From Balanoglossus misakiensis (taxonomy: Eukaryota; Animalia; Hemichordata), in the NCBI GenBank assembly GCA_040954595.2, contig CM082598.2, positions 7,517,097-7,581,096 on the forward strand: a stretch of DNA of 64,000 nt. Reading direction: 5' to 3'. Of the stretch, positions 12,101-25,408 are shown in pieces (the first letter of the stretch is position 1; every line of letters begins with the position of its first letter). The translations under genes and the position numbers were made by a program. The notes under the pieces are model-generated. The model worked only from the letters and a program-made list of their open reading frames with translations, made no database searches and was not told where the DNA came from.

Positions 12101-15100
12101 ATGTCAAAGTGCAGACCTTGCATCACATTCTACTCTGATGCATTATTAAGCTTGCTTCGCCATTTGCCCTAATGCAAAGAATCAGATTCAATGTCACCCT
12201 TGCATTAGCAATTTTAAATTACAGTGCTTTTCGACACGTATTAACTGAGGGATTTATAATCAACTTGAAATCCCCATATGCATGTTATACCTATGTCAAA
12301 GCGAAGTATTTGCATCACTCTCTACCGTGATGATCATCAAGCTTGCTTCGCCATTTACCCTGATACAAAGAATCAGATTTAGTGTCACCATTGCATTAGC
12401 AATGTCAAATTACAGTGCTTTTGGCTACGTATTAACCTGGAGATTTACAGACAACTTCAAATACCCATGCATATGCATTAAATACCTATGTCAAAGTGCA
12501 GTGTTTGCATCATCAAGCATTCTTCACTATTTGCCCTGATGCAAAGAATCAGATTCAATGTCACGATCGCATTAGCAATTTTAAATTACAGTGCTTTTCG
12601 ACACAGATTAACTGAGGGATTTATAATCAACTTGAAATCCCCATATGTATTTTATACCTATGTCAAAGCGAAGTGTTTTCATCACTCTCTACCATTATGC
12701 ATCATCAAGCCTGCATCGCCATTTACCCTGATGCAAAGAATCACATTCCATGTCAACATTGCATTAGCAATGTCAAATTACAGTGCTTTTGGACACGTAT
12801 TAACCCAGGGATTTATAATCAACTTGAAATCCCCATATGCATGTTATACCTATGTCAAAGCGAAGTGTTTTCATCACTCTCTACCATTATGCATCATCAA
12901 GCCTGCATCGCCATTTACCCTGATGCAAAGAATCACATTCCATGTCAACATTGCATTAGCAATGTCAAATTACAGTGCTTTTGGACATGTATTAACCCAG
13001 GAATTTTCTGTCAACATTAAATACCCATGCAAATACATTAAATACCTATGTCAAAGTGCAGAGCTTGCATCACCATCTACTCTTATCTATCATTAAGCTT
13101 GCTTCGCCATTTGCCCTAATGCAAAGAATTACATTCAATGTCACCATTGCATTAGCAATGTCAAATTACAGTGCGTTTGGCCACGTATTAACCCAGGGAT
13201 TTACAATTAACTTGAAATCCCCATATGCATTAAATACCCATGTCAAAGCGAAGTGTTTGCATCACTATCTACCGTGATTCATCATCAAGCTTGCATCGCC
13301 AATTACCCTGATGCAAAGAATCAGATTCAATGTCACCGTTGCATTAGCAATGACAAATTACAGTGCTTTTCGACACGTATTAACCCAGGAATTGACTCTG
13401 ACGCATCATCAAGAATGCTTCACAATTTGCCCTGATGCAAAGAATCAGTTTTAGTGTCACTATTGCATAAGCAATGTCAAATTACAGTGCTTTTGGACAC
13501 GTATTAACCCGGGGATTTATAATCAACTTGAAATCCCCATATGCATGTTATACCTATGTCAAAGCGAAGTGTTTGCATCACTCTCTACCGTGTTGATCAT
13601 CAAGCTTGCTTTGCCATTTACCCTGATACAAAGAATCAGATTTAGTGTCACCATTGCATTAGCAATGTCAAATTACAGTGCTTTTGGCTATGTATTAACC
13701 TGGAGATTTACAGACAACTTCAAATACCCATGCATATGCATTAAATACCTATGTCAAAGTGCAGACCTTGCATCACATTCTACTCTGATGCATTATTAAG
13801 CTTGCTTCGCCATTTGCCCTAATGCAAAGAATCAGATTCAATGTCACCCTTGCATTAGCAATTTTAAATTACAGTGCTTTTCGACACGTATTAACTGAGG
13901 GATTTATAATCAACTTGAAATCCCCATATGCATGTTATACCTATGTCAAAGCGAAGTTTTTGCATCACTCTCTACCATTATGCACCATCAAGCCTGCATC
14001 GCCATTTACCCTGATGCAAAGAATCACATTCCATGTCAACATTGCATTAGCAATGTCAAATTACAGTGCTTTTGGACATGTATTAACCCAGGAATTTTCA
14101 GTCAACATTAAATACCCATGCAAATACATTAAATACCTATGTCAAAGTGCAGAGCTTGCATCACCATCTACTCTGATCCATCATTAACCTTGCTTCGCCA
14201 TTTACCCTGATGCAAAGAATCAGATTCAATGTCACCGTTGCATTAGCAATGTCAAATTACAGTGCTTTTGGACATGTATTAACCCAGGAATTTTCAGTCA
14301 ACATTAAATACCCATGCAAATATATTAAATACCTATGTCAAAGTGCACAGCTTGCATTACCATCTACTCTGATCCATCATTAAGCTTGCTTCGCCATTTG
14401 CCCTAATGCAAAGAATTACATTCAATGTCACCATTGCATTAGCAATGTCAAATTACAGTGCGTTTGGCCACGTATTAACCCAGGGATTTACAATTAACTT
14501 GAAATCCCCATATGCATTAAATACCCATGTCAAAGCGAAGTGTTTGCATCACTATCTACCGTGATTCATCATCAAGCTTGCATCGCCATTTACCCTGATG
14601 CAAAGAATCAGATTCAATGTCACCGTTGCATTAGCAATGTCAAATTACAGTGCTTTTGGACACGTATTAACCCAGGAATTGACTCTGACGCATCATCAAG
14701 CATGCTTCACAATTTGCCCTGATGCAAAGAATCAGTTTTAGTGTCACTATTGCATAAGCAATGTCAAATTACAGTGCTTTTGGACACGTATTAACCCAGG
14801 GATTTATAATCAACTTGAAATCCCCATATGCATGTTATACCTAAGTCAAAGCGAAGTGTTTGCATCACTCTCTACCGTTATGATCATCAAGTTTGCTTCG
14901 CCATTTACCCTGATACAAAGAATCAGATTTAGTGTCACCATTGCATTAGCAATGTCAAATTACAGTGCTTTTGGCTATGTATTAACCTGGAGATTTACAG
15001 ACAACTTCAAATACCCATGCATATGCATTAAATACCTATGTCAAAATGCAGTTTTTGCATCATCAAGCATGCTTCACTATTTGCCCTGATGCAAAGAATC

Positions 15101-18100
15101 AGATTCAATGTCACCATCGCATTAGCAATTTTAAATTACAGTGCTTTTCGACACGTATTAACTGAGGGATTTATATTCAACTTGAAAACCCCATATGCAT
15201 TTTATACCAATGTCAAAGCGAAGTGTTTTCATCACTCTCTACCATTATGCTTCATCAAGCCTGCATTGCCATTTACCCTGATGCACAGAATCACATTCAA
15301 TGTCACCATTGCATAAGCAATGTCAAATTACAGTGCTTTTGGACACGTATTAACCCAGGTATTTTCAGTCAACATTAAATACCCATGCAAATACATTAAA
15401 TACCTATGTCAAAGTGCAGAGCTTGCATCACCATCTACTCTGATCCATCATTAAGCTTGCTTCGCCATTTGCCGTAATGCAAAGAATCACATTCAATGCA
15501 CCCTTGCATTAGCAAGTTTAAATTACAGTGCTTTTCGACACGTATTAACTGAGGGATTTATAATCAACTTGAAATCCCCATATGCATGTTATACCTATGT
15601 CAAAGCGAAGTGTTTGCATCACTCTCTACCATTATGCACCATCAAGCCTGCATCGCCATTTACCCTGATGCAAAGAATCACATTCCATGTCAACATTGCA
15701 TTAGCAATGTCAAATTACAGTGCTTTTGGACATGTATTAACCCAGGAATTTTCAGTCAACATTAAATACCCATGCAAATACATTAAATACCTATGTCAAA
15801 GTGCAGAGCTTGCATCACCATCCACTCTGATCCATCATTAAGCTTGCTTCGCCATTTGCCCTAATGCAAAGAATTACATTCAATGTCACCATTGCATTAG
15901 CAATGTCAAATTACAGTGCGTTTGGCCACGTATTAACCCAGGGATTTACAATTAACTTGAAATCCCCATATGCATTAAATACCCATGTCAAAGCTAAGTG
16001 TTTGCATCACTATCTACCGTGATTCATCATCAAGCTTGCATCGCCATTTACCCTGATGCAAAGAATCAGATTCAATGTCACCATTGCATAAGCAATGTCA
16101 AATTACAGTGCTTTTGGACACGTATTAACCCAGGGATTTATAATCAACTTGAAATCCCCATATGCATGTTATACCTATGTCAAAGCGAAGTGTTTGCATC
16201 ACTCTCTACCGTGATGATCATCAAGCTTGCTTCGCCATTTACCCTGATACAAAGAATCAGATTTAGTGTCACCATTGCATTAGCAATGTCAAATTACAGT
16301 GCTTTTGGCTACGTATTAACCTGGAGATTTACAGACAACTTCAAATACCCATGCATATGCATTAAATACCTATGTCAAAGTGCAGACCTTGCGTCACATT
16401 CTACTCTGATGCATCATTAAGCTTGCTTCGCCATTTGCCCTAATGCAAAGAATCACATTCAATGTCACCCTTGCATTAGCAATTTTAAATTACAGTGCTT
16501 TTCGACACGTATTAACTGAGGGATTTATAATGAACTTGAAATCCCCATATGCATGTTATACCTATGTCAAAGCGAAGTGTTTGCATCACTCTCTACCATT
16601 ATGCACCATCAAGCCTGCATCGCCATTTACCCTGATGCAAAGAATCACATTCCATGTCAACATTGCATTAGCAATGTCAAATTACAGTGCTTTTGGACAT
16701 GTATTAACCCAGGAATTTTCAGTCAACATTAAATACCCATGCAAATACATTAAATACCTATGTCAAAGTGCAGAGCTTGCATCACCATCTACTCTGATCC
16801 ATCATTAACCTTGCTTCGCCATTTACCCTGATGCAAAGAATCAGATTCAATGTCACCGTTGCATTAGCAATGTCAAATTACAGTGCTTTTGGACATGTAT
16901 TAACCCAGGAATTTTCAGTCAACATTAAATACCCATGCAAATATATTAAATACCTATGTCAAAGTGCACAGCTTGCATTACCATCTACTCTGATCCATCA
17001 TTAAGCTTGCTTCGCCATTTACCCTGATGCAAAGAATCAGATTCAATATCACCATTGCATTAGCAATGTCAAATTACAGTGTGTTTGGCCACGTATTAAC
17101 CCAGGAATTAACAATTAACTTGAAATCCCCATATGCATTAAATACCCATGTCAAAGCGAAGTGTTTGCATCACTATCTACCGTGATTCATCATCAAGCTT
17201 GCATCGCCATTTACCATGATGCAAAGAATCAGATTCAATGTCACCGTTCCATTAGCAATGTCAAATTACAGTTCTTTTTGACACGTATTAACCCAGGAAT
17301 TGACTCTGACGCATCATCAAGCATGCTTCACAATTTGCCCTGATGCAAAGAATCAGTTTTAGTGTCACTATTGCATAAGCAATGTCAAATTACAGTGCTT
17401 TTGGACACGTATTAACCCAGTGATTTATAATCAACTTGAAATCCCCATATGCATGTTATACCTATGTCAAAGCGAAGTGTTTGCATCACTCTCTACCGTG
17501 ATGATCATCAAGCTTGCTTCGCCATTTACCCTGATACAAAGAATCAGATTTAGTGTCACCATTGCATTAGCAATGTCAAATTACAGTGCTTTTGGCTACG
17601 TATTAACCTGGGGATTTACAGACAACTTTAAATATCCAGGCATATGCATTACATACCTATGTCAAAGTGCAGACCTTGCATCACATTCTACTCTGATGCA
17701 TCATTAAGCCTGCTTCGCCATTTGCCCTAATGCATAGAATCAGATTCAATGTCACCCTTGCATTAGCAATTTGAAATTACAGTGCTTTTGGCCATGTATT
17801 AACCGAGGATTTAGAGTCAACTTTTAACCCCCCTGTATGCATTTTAAACCCTGGTGTCAAAGTTTAGTGATTGCATCACCATTGACCCTGGTGCATCATC
17901 AAGCATTCTTCAGCATTTGCCCTGATGCAAAGAATCAGATTCAATGTCACCCTTGCATTAGCAATGTCAAATTACCATGCTTTTGGCTACGTATTAACCT
18001 GGGGATTTACAAACAACTTGAAAACCCCAGATGCATTTTACACCCATGTCAAAGCGAAGTGTTTGCATCACTATCTACCATGATGCATCATCAAGCTTGC

Positions 18101-21100
18101 TTTGCCATTTACCCTGATGCACAGAATCAGATTCAATGTCACCGTTGCATTAGCAATGTCAAATTAAAGTGCTTTTGGACACGTATTAACCCTAGGATGT
18201 ATAATCAACTTGAAAACCCCATATGTATTAAATACCCATGTCAAAGCGAAGTGTTTGCATCACTATCTACCATGATGCATCATCAAGCTTGCTTTGCCAT
18301 TTACACTGATGCAAAGAATTAGATTCAATGTCACCGTTGCATTAGCAATGTCAAATTTCCGTGTTTTTGGACACATATTAACCCTGGGATTTATAATCAA
18401 CTTGAAAACCCCAGATGCATTTTACACCCATGTCAAAGTGAAGTGTTTGCATCACTATCTACCATGATGCATCATCAAGCTTGCATCGCCATTTACTTTG
18501 ATGCAAAGAATCAGATTCAATGTCACCGTTGCATTAGCAATGTCAAATTACAGTGCTTTTGGACACGTATTAACCCTAGGATGTATATTCAACTTGAAAA
18601 CCCCATATGCATTAAATACCCATGTCAAAGCGAAGTGATTGCATCACTGTCTACTGCGATGCGTCATCAAGCTTGCATCGCCATTTACCCTGATGCAAAG
18701 AATCAGATTCAATGTCACTGTTGCATTAGCAATGTCAAATTACAGTGCTTTTGGACACGTATTAACCCTAGGATGTATATTCAACTTGAAAACCCCATAT
18801 GCATTAAATACCCATGTCAAAGCGAAGTGTTTGCATCACTATCTACCGTAATGCATCATCAAGCTTGCATCGCCATTTACCTTGATGCAAAGAATCACAT
18901 TCAATGTCACCGTTGCATTAGCAATGTCAAATTATAGTGCTTTTGGCCATGTATTAACCTGGGGATTTAGAGTCAACCTTAAATATCAATGCGTATGCAT
19001 TAAATACCCATGTCAAAATGCAGTGTTTGCATCATCAAGCATGCTTCACAATTTGCCCCGATGCAAAGAATCAGATTTAGTGGCACCATTGCATTAGCAA
19101 TGTAAAATTACAGTGCTTTTGGCTACGTATTAACCTGTGGATTTACAGACAACTTAAAATACTCATGCATATGCATTAAATACCTATGTGAAAGTGCAGA
19201 GCTTGCATCACTGTCTACTCTGATGCATCATCAAGCTTGCTTCACCATTTGCCCTGGATGCAAAGAATCACATTCAATGTCACCATTGCATTAGCAATGT
19301 CAAATTTCAGTGCTTTTGGACATGTATTAACCCAGGGATTTTCAGTCAACTTTTAATCCCCCTGAATGCATTTTATAACTATGTCAAAGTGCATATTTTC
19401 AGTCAACGTTTAATCCCCCTGTATGCATTTTAAACCCTGGTGTCAAAGTTTAGTGATTGCATCACCATTGACCCTGGTGCATCAAAAAGCATTCTTCAGC
19501 ATTTGCCCAGATGCAAAGAATCAGATTTAATGTCACCCTTGCATTAGCAATTTTAAATTTTAGTGCTTTTGGCCATGTATTCACCTGGGGATTTACAATC
19601 AACTTTTAATCCCCATATGTATTATATTCCAATGTTAAAGTGAAGGGCTTGAAACACCATCTACCCTGATGCATCATCAAGCTTGATTCACCATTTACCC
19701 TGATGCAAAGAATTAGATTTAGTGTCACAGTAGCATTAGCAATGTCAAATAAAAGTGCTTTTGGCCACATATCAATCTAGGGATTTACAGTCAAGTTTAA
19801 ATCGCCCTGTATGCATTTTATACCTATGTCAAAAGTGCAGAGCTTGTATCACCATTGACCCTGATGCATCATCAAGCATGCTTCACCATTTACCCAACCA
19901 TACCAGTGTTCGAACCCTCGATCCTTTAACCACTTGAAAATGACTTTATGTGACAGAATGACCTTTCCGTTTGGTGCCTTGTTTAGCTCCTTGTCAGAGT
20001 TCAAGAGAATTTGGAAAAGTGCTAATTAGTCTCCTTGAATTTCCAACAACTCAGTTTGTCAGCTCCCATATCCCAGTTCTCTGACCAGTTCCCGTTCTTC
20101 TTAGATGTCACAATACTGATCACAAGACATGCAGTTATACACTTTGCGGGAAACGTTAACAATACATGCAGATAAGAAAAGACTTACTTGTGGGCAATTT
20201 AAACACAACATTTTGAGTAAAGTGGGTAAAATAGGATTAAAGTTGCTTTATAATGGCATATCGAAAAGAATCTACTTCAATTTGTTCATTTCTGAAATTT
20301 GAGAATATGAATATGCATGTTTTATTCGCCATATATGAACACCAATGAAAAGTTATGTTTCCAGCTTAGGTATTGGTGGATTTGAACCACCTGACATCAG
20401 AAGACGCCTCCAGAATACCTCTAATTTGGTTGCATAATTTTCATGTGAATGTTCATAATATAGCGATTGATTAATCCCTAATTTTTTTTTTTTTGGGGGG
20501 GGAGGGGGCTGGAGGTTCAAGTAGTATATCTTGCAGGCCAATTTGAAACAATGTGTCATGTAGTTAACCTGAAAGAAATTAATAAAAATAGTTTCTGCTG
20601 TTTTTGAAACAAGGTGTCATGTTGTTGAACTGTGACAATGGGCCAGTCAAAATAGCATCTGCAAATTATGCACACAATAGAGTGATGGGTTAGTGGGTTA
20701 AGTTTACTTTTACCTTAGCATTATATAACACACTATCATGTACATAATCTCGCAGAGCTCTATCATAATTGTTTTAAAATAAAGCAAGATAACTACTTGT
20801 AAGATTACATATCTTATTTACGCGCCTAAAGGGCAGTTAAAAACCTCAGACCAGTTACAAAAGAGGAAAAAAAACTGTCCTCTCCTCCTCTCACCCCATG
20901 ATCTAAGCTAAATTTGGAATTTGGATGGGGTGGGGAGGTTTAGCTAACCTAACATTTTCTGCCTGTCTGTCGCGTACAATGTGTTGATGCGCGAATACGA
21001 TCACGGGTACCGTTGAGAGAAATTCCACCGAATAACGATGCTGACGAGTATTATCTATCTGAGAAATAATAGCATGTTATTCATAAAATATACACATTAA

Positions 21101-21134
21101 CCAATGAATGAACCAACATGATTATTAGACCCTG

Positions 21135-21700
21135 GACACTTATTTAATGTTATATCATTATTATACCTCTGTCATCATCATCAATATTAATACCCTTGTA
21201 TTTAATGTTATATCATTATTATACCTCTGTCATCATCATCAATATTAACACCCTTGTATACTTAATATCACCATAAGCCATCACCGCAATTATTAATCGT
21301 TATTATACCCTTCCATGATTGTTACCTTTATTAAACCCGACACAGTTATCACCATTTATTATACCCTTCTCATTCATATACCCATTATAACCTGTGTACA
21401 CAAGCCATCATCATATTATAAACCCATTATTATACCCTTTTATACCAGTCACATTTGTTACCCTATAATCATTCCCTTCATACAAGCAACCTCTGTTACT
21501 CCTTTTTAACCTGTGTACACTCAAATTTTACCATAAGCCATCATCACATTTGTAACCCTTTTATTAAACCATTCATATTTGTTCGCCTTCATTATACCAT
21601 ACACATTTATGAACCTATTATCATACCCTGCACAAAGCCATTGCTGTTAACCTTATTTTAGCATAAGTAATCACTACCAATTATTAACCTGATTTATTGG
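21135..21700. repeat. Low-complexity A/T/C-rich degenerate repeat, including a ~57-bp tandem duplication
   Basis: TATTTAATGTTATATCATTATTATACCTCTGTCATCATCATCAATATTAA occurs twice (~21141 and ~21199), followed by many TTATACCC/TTAACC-like variants. Confidence 0.75.
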
Positions 21701-21789
21701 ACTATTAAGTTTTATATTATGATCACTTCGTTTTGTACTCCTATATAACTCTACCTCATAATTTCGGTCAATAGGTTTATTATGTTGAA

Positions 21790-22490
21790 ACTCCACTTCT
21801 CAATCCTTCCACTTCTCCATCCTTTAAGTTGACGCTCCACGGCACCATCCATTCTTCAAAGTTTATATTTTAGCAGGTTGACTATGGTTGACGCTCCGCC
21901 CCATCCATCCATCCAAGTTTAATATTAGTAGGTTGTTTATGGTTGACACTCCGCTCCATCCATCCATCCATCAAATTTTACGTTAGTAGGTTGATTATGG
22001 TGTTACCAGTGAGCCCTACAGGAAAAAAAAGAGAAAAAAGAGAAAAAAAACTCTTCTTCTCCATCCTTCCACTTCTCCATCGTTTAAGTTGATGCTCCAT
22101 GGGCCCATCCATCCATCAAAGTTTATATTTTAGCAGGTTGATTATGGTTGACGCTCCACTCCATCCATCCATCAAAGTTTATATTTAGTAGGTTGACTAT
22201 GGTTGACGCTCCGCTCCATCCATCCATCAAAGTTTAATATTAGTAGGTTGACTATGGTTGACGCTCCGCTCCATCCATCCATCAAAGTTTATATTAGTAG
22301 GTTGACTATGGTTGACACTCCGATCCACTTATCCATCAAATTTTACGTTAGTAGGTTGATTATGGTGTTACCATTGGGGCCTACAGGGGAAAAAAAGAGA
22401 AGAGAGAAAAAAGAGAAAGAAAGAAAGAAAGAGAGAGAGAAGAAGAAGAGTACCGGTGGGACCTACAGAAGAAAAAAGAATGAAAGAATT
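21790..22490. repeat. ~55-bp minisatellite with (CCAT)n cores, in two larger blocks each ending in a GA-rich tract
   Basis: The unit GGTTGACTATGGTTGACGCTCCGCTCCATCCATCCATCAAAGTTTATATTAGTA repeats about 8-9 times. Both blocks begin CCTTCCACTTCTCCATC (~21805, ~22065) and end GG/GCCCTACAGG plus a purine tract. Confidence 0.88.
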
Positions 22491-22512
22491 AAATACATGA
22501 AATCAATGATAA

Positions 22513-23896
22513 TTAAAGCTGCAAGCAGCGTTGGTGGGGCACAAACGGTTCCCATGGTAACCGGCGAATCGCAAAGCTGTATCTGCTGTGGATACCAAGA
22601 TATGGGAAAGTAGGTCAAAGGTCACCTGAGTTCACCCAAATTTGGGCAAAACATTTTGACACCATACTTGTCCATGACCAACAAAAAAACAAACGTCTAG
22701 CCCTATTGGTTAGCCTGGAATTAGATATGTGCATAATTAATGAGGTAACATAAAAGACTCTAAAAGGTGTTCAATCCCTCCAAAAGCCAAGGCTCTATCC
22801 TGTCTGGATGCCGAAATATAGGGAAGAAGGTCAAAGGTCACCTGATGTCACCAAAATTTGAGCAAAACATTTTGACACCACACATGTCCTTAACCAACAA
22901 AAACCAAACCTCTAGCCCTGTTGGTTAGCTTGGAATAAGATATGCACATAATTAATGAGGTATTGTATAAGACTCTATTAGGTGGTCAATCCCCCAATAG
23001 CCAGGACTGTAACTGCTCTGGATGCTGAGATATGGGAAAGTAGGTCAAAGGTCACCCAAAATTTGGGCATAAAAGTTTGACCCCATAGTGGGCCATGTCC
23101 AACAAAAACCAGACCTGGAGCCCTATTGGTTAGCCTGGATTTAGATATGCAGAAAAATGATGTTTCAGAAATAGGTCAAAGGTCATTGCCAAAATAGTTG
23201 TGTCATGTCCTGACAGCATTGGTACCCATGTCCACAAAATTCATGACTGTAGTGCTTTTACAAGAGGAGGTATGGGGAATATGCATATATAATTAGTTGG
23301 TTTAAAACTGGGTCAAAGGTCATGTGAAAATTGCCCCCCAAAATTGTGACAAGTTCCGGTCATATGATGACTTATATCCACAAAAATAATTTCCGTGGTG
23401 TCAACATTTTGGCTATAAAACGGAATTTACATTTTCAATGGTTTTCAGGAAATCCAATATGGCCGCCATAATGATCAACCAATCACAGTGCACTTCGCAA
23501 ACTTGAAAGACATAGGTTAGGTGACCGCATACCCTGAATCCCATAACTCGGCGATCACTGCTTCTGGAGAAGAAGACTTTTCAAGTTTTAAGTAGTTTTT
23601 CAGAAAAAAAATTGTAGCAAAAAAACTTTATATTTGACATCATGATTTCAATGGGGTAAAATTATGGACAGAAGGTAGGCGACCTGCACACAAAATTTGA
23701 ACTCTATTGGCCCAGTAGTTTTTGAGGAGTCATTTAACGGTTTTCGGAAAATCCAATATGGCCGCCAGGTCACGTGACTAATTAAATATTCACGGCCCCT
23801 GTAGGTCTACTCATTGGCCCCTATCACCATACCAAGTTTCAGCCCCATAGGTGCTGCGGTTTTCCAGATCTACCTGGCCTGGCTTGTGCCCCTAAT
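22513..23896 (-). mobile_element. Helentron-associated (HINE/DINE-like) non-autonomous rolling-circle element
   Basis: Read on the minus strand: 5' end ATTAGGGGCACAAGC (23896-23882); 3' sub-terminal inverted copy GTTTGTGCCCC (22546-22536); hairpin GCTGC-TT-GCAGC (22529-22518); then a T-run. Internal ~215-bp tandem subunits contain GGTCAAAGGTCA. This matches the known subTIR plus 3' stem-loop architecture. Confidence 0.65.
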
Positions 23897-25408
23897 GATA
23901 GCATTAATGTGGCAAGCCAGCCCAACACAACGTACTGTGGGTCAAGGGGTGCATATGGTCAATTAATTAAAAAAAATTAAGGTGCAACCAACATTGGCTA
24001 GGTCTAAGCAGTTCCTATGGATACCAGAGAGTGCCAATGCTGTATCTGCTATGTTTATAGGAAAGTTGATCAAAGGTCACCAAGAGCTCACCCAAAATTG
24101 TCAACAATTTTTTCTTCCAAAATGATCAGTGTAAAATGAAAAACAAGACTTCTGGCTCTATTGGTTAACCTGGTTATTAGGCGCTCCAGCCTTCAAAATT
24201 TTAAGGCGTTATCTGCTGTGCATGCCAAGGCATGGAAAAATAGGTTAAAAGTAACCAAAGCCATCAAAAAAAATTTTGATTGCATAGTGGTCAATGTTCA
24301 AGGAAACCAAGACTCAAAGCTTCATTGTCTAGTCTACAATTACGTAAGCACATATTTATAAGATTATCATTGGTCAAGAAATTCAGCAAAAAAATTAAGT
24401 CCAATAGAAGAGCATGTTCATAAAAAATTCAACCTGTAACAATGTGGGTAAGCTCAGCATTAGATATGCACATATTTAATAAGGTCAACATTGGTCCAGT
24501 GGATTCCAAATGTAACAAAAATACCTAAGTCCCATACTTGTCCATATACATCAAAACCAAACCTCTAGTGATACTAGTCTTGCCGCAATAAGATATTCAG
24601 AAAAGAAAACAGGTGCCAAATGTTGAACGAAGTTCAATGCCAAAATTATCAAAATATTTGGGTAATGTCCTGGCAGCAGTAATATTAATGTGACAAAAAT
24701 CATCACTGTTGTGCTTTTCAACAAGAGGCACATCCACGAATAATTAAGTTCTGAAATAAAACTGGATCAAAATACATGCGAAAGTTGCCAAAAAAATGCA
24801 ATGTATTCTGGTCATATGAAGACTCGTATCTATAAAAAGAATTGGTGTGCAATCAATGAGCAGCCCAGAATAAGGAAATGTTAGTTTTTAATCAGAATTC
24901 ATAAAATCCAATTTGGCTTCAATAAGCTTTCATTAAGTTCTGAAAGATCTGGATCAAAAGACAAATGAAAGTTGCCAAAAATTGGTATTATTAGGTGTTG
25001 AAAAAGGTTGGATCAAAGGACATGTGAAAGTTGCCAAAAAATTGTAACATATTCTAGTCGTATGGTGACTCGTATCCATTAAAGGAATTTGTATGCAATC
25101 AATGTATAGGCTAAAATAGGAAAATTTAGTTTTTAATCGGAGTTTAGAACATCTTATTTGGCTCCAATGAGATTTAACCAATCAAAATTCACTTGAAAAC
25201 TTGATTAGATAAAAAAATGACAATTTTAATGAGATTTTCAAAAATCCAATAAGGCATCAAAAGTCACATGACCACTAATGATATTATTGTCAAACTTTGA
25301 ACCAGACAGTCAATTAGTAATTGATTTGCCCTGCAGTTTTGAAAATAAATGTCAACTTGTAGAAATTATCAGAAAATCCAATATGGCCGTCATGAAGAAG
25401 ACAATTAA

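Larger units (their letters stand above)
1..19897. repeat. Satellite DNA array, ~192-bp monomer family with a 1071-bp six-monomer higher-order repeat; runs off the left edge of the window
   Basis: The core GCAAT(G/T)T(C/T)AA(A/G)TTACAGTGC recurs at 156, 348, 472, 663, 839, 1031 and 1227 (spacings 192, 124, 191, 176, 192, 196; sum 1071). GGAATTTTCAGTC recurs at 1 and 1072. Near-identical ORF translations repeat throughout. Confidence 0.97.

Noticed and set aside
1-19897. CRISPR-like array of conserved core plus variable spacer
   Set aside because: The inter-core segments are homologous recurring monomer types, not unique spacers. There are no cas genes and the context is eukaryotic.
254-19937. 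Dozens of 60-200-aa plus-strand ORFs suggesting a repetitive protein gene
   Set aside because: They occur in all three frames. Several monomer lengths (124, 176, 191, 196) are not multiples of three, and stops and indels are frequent. They are satellite by-products.
22203-22613. 136-aa ORF with a Lys/Glu/Arg-rich stretch
   Set aside because: It is translated minisatellite plus a GA-rich tract running into a repeat end.
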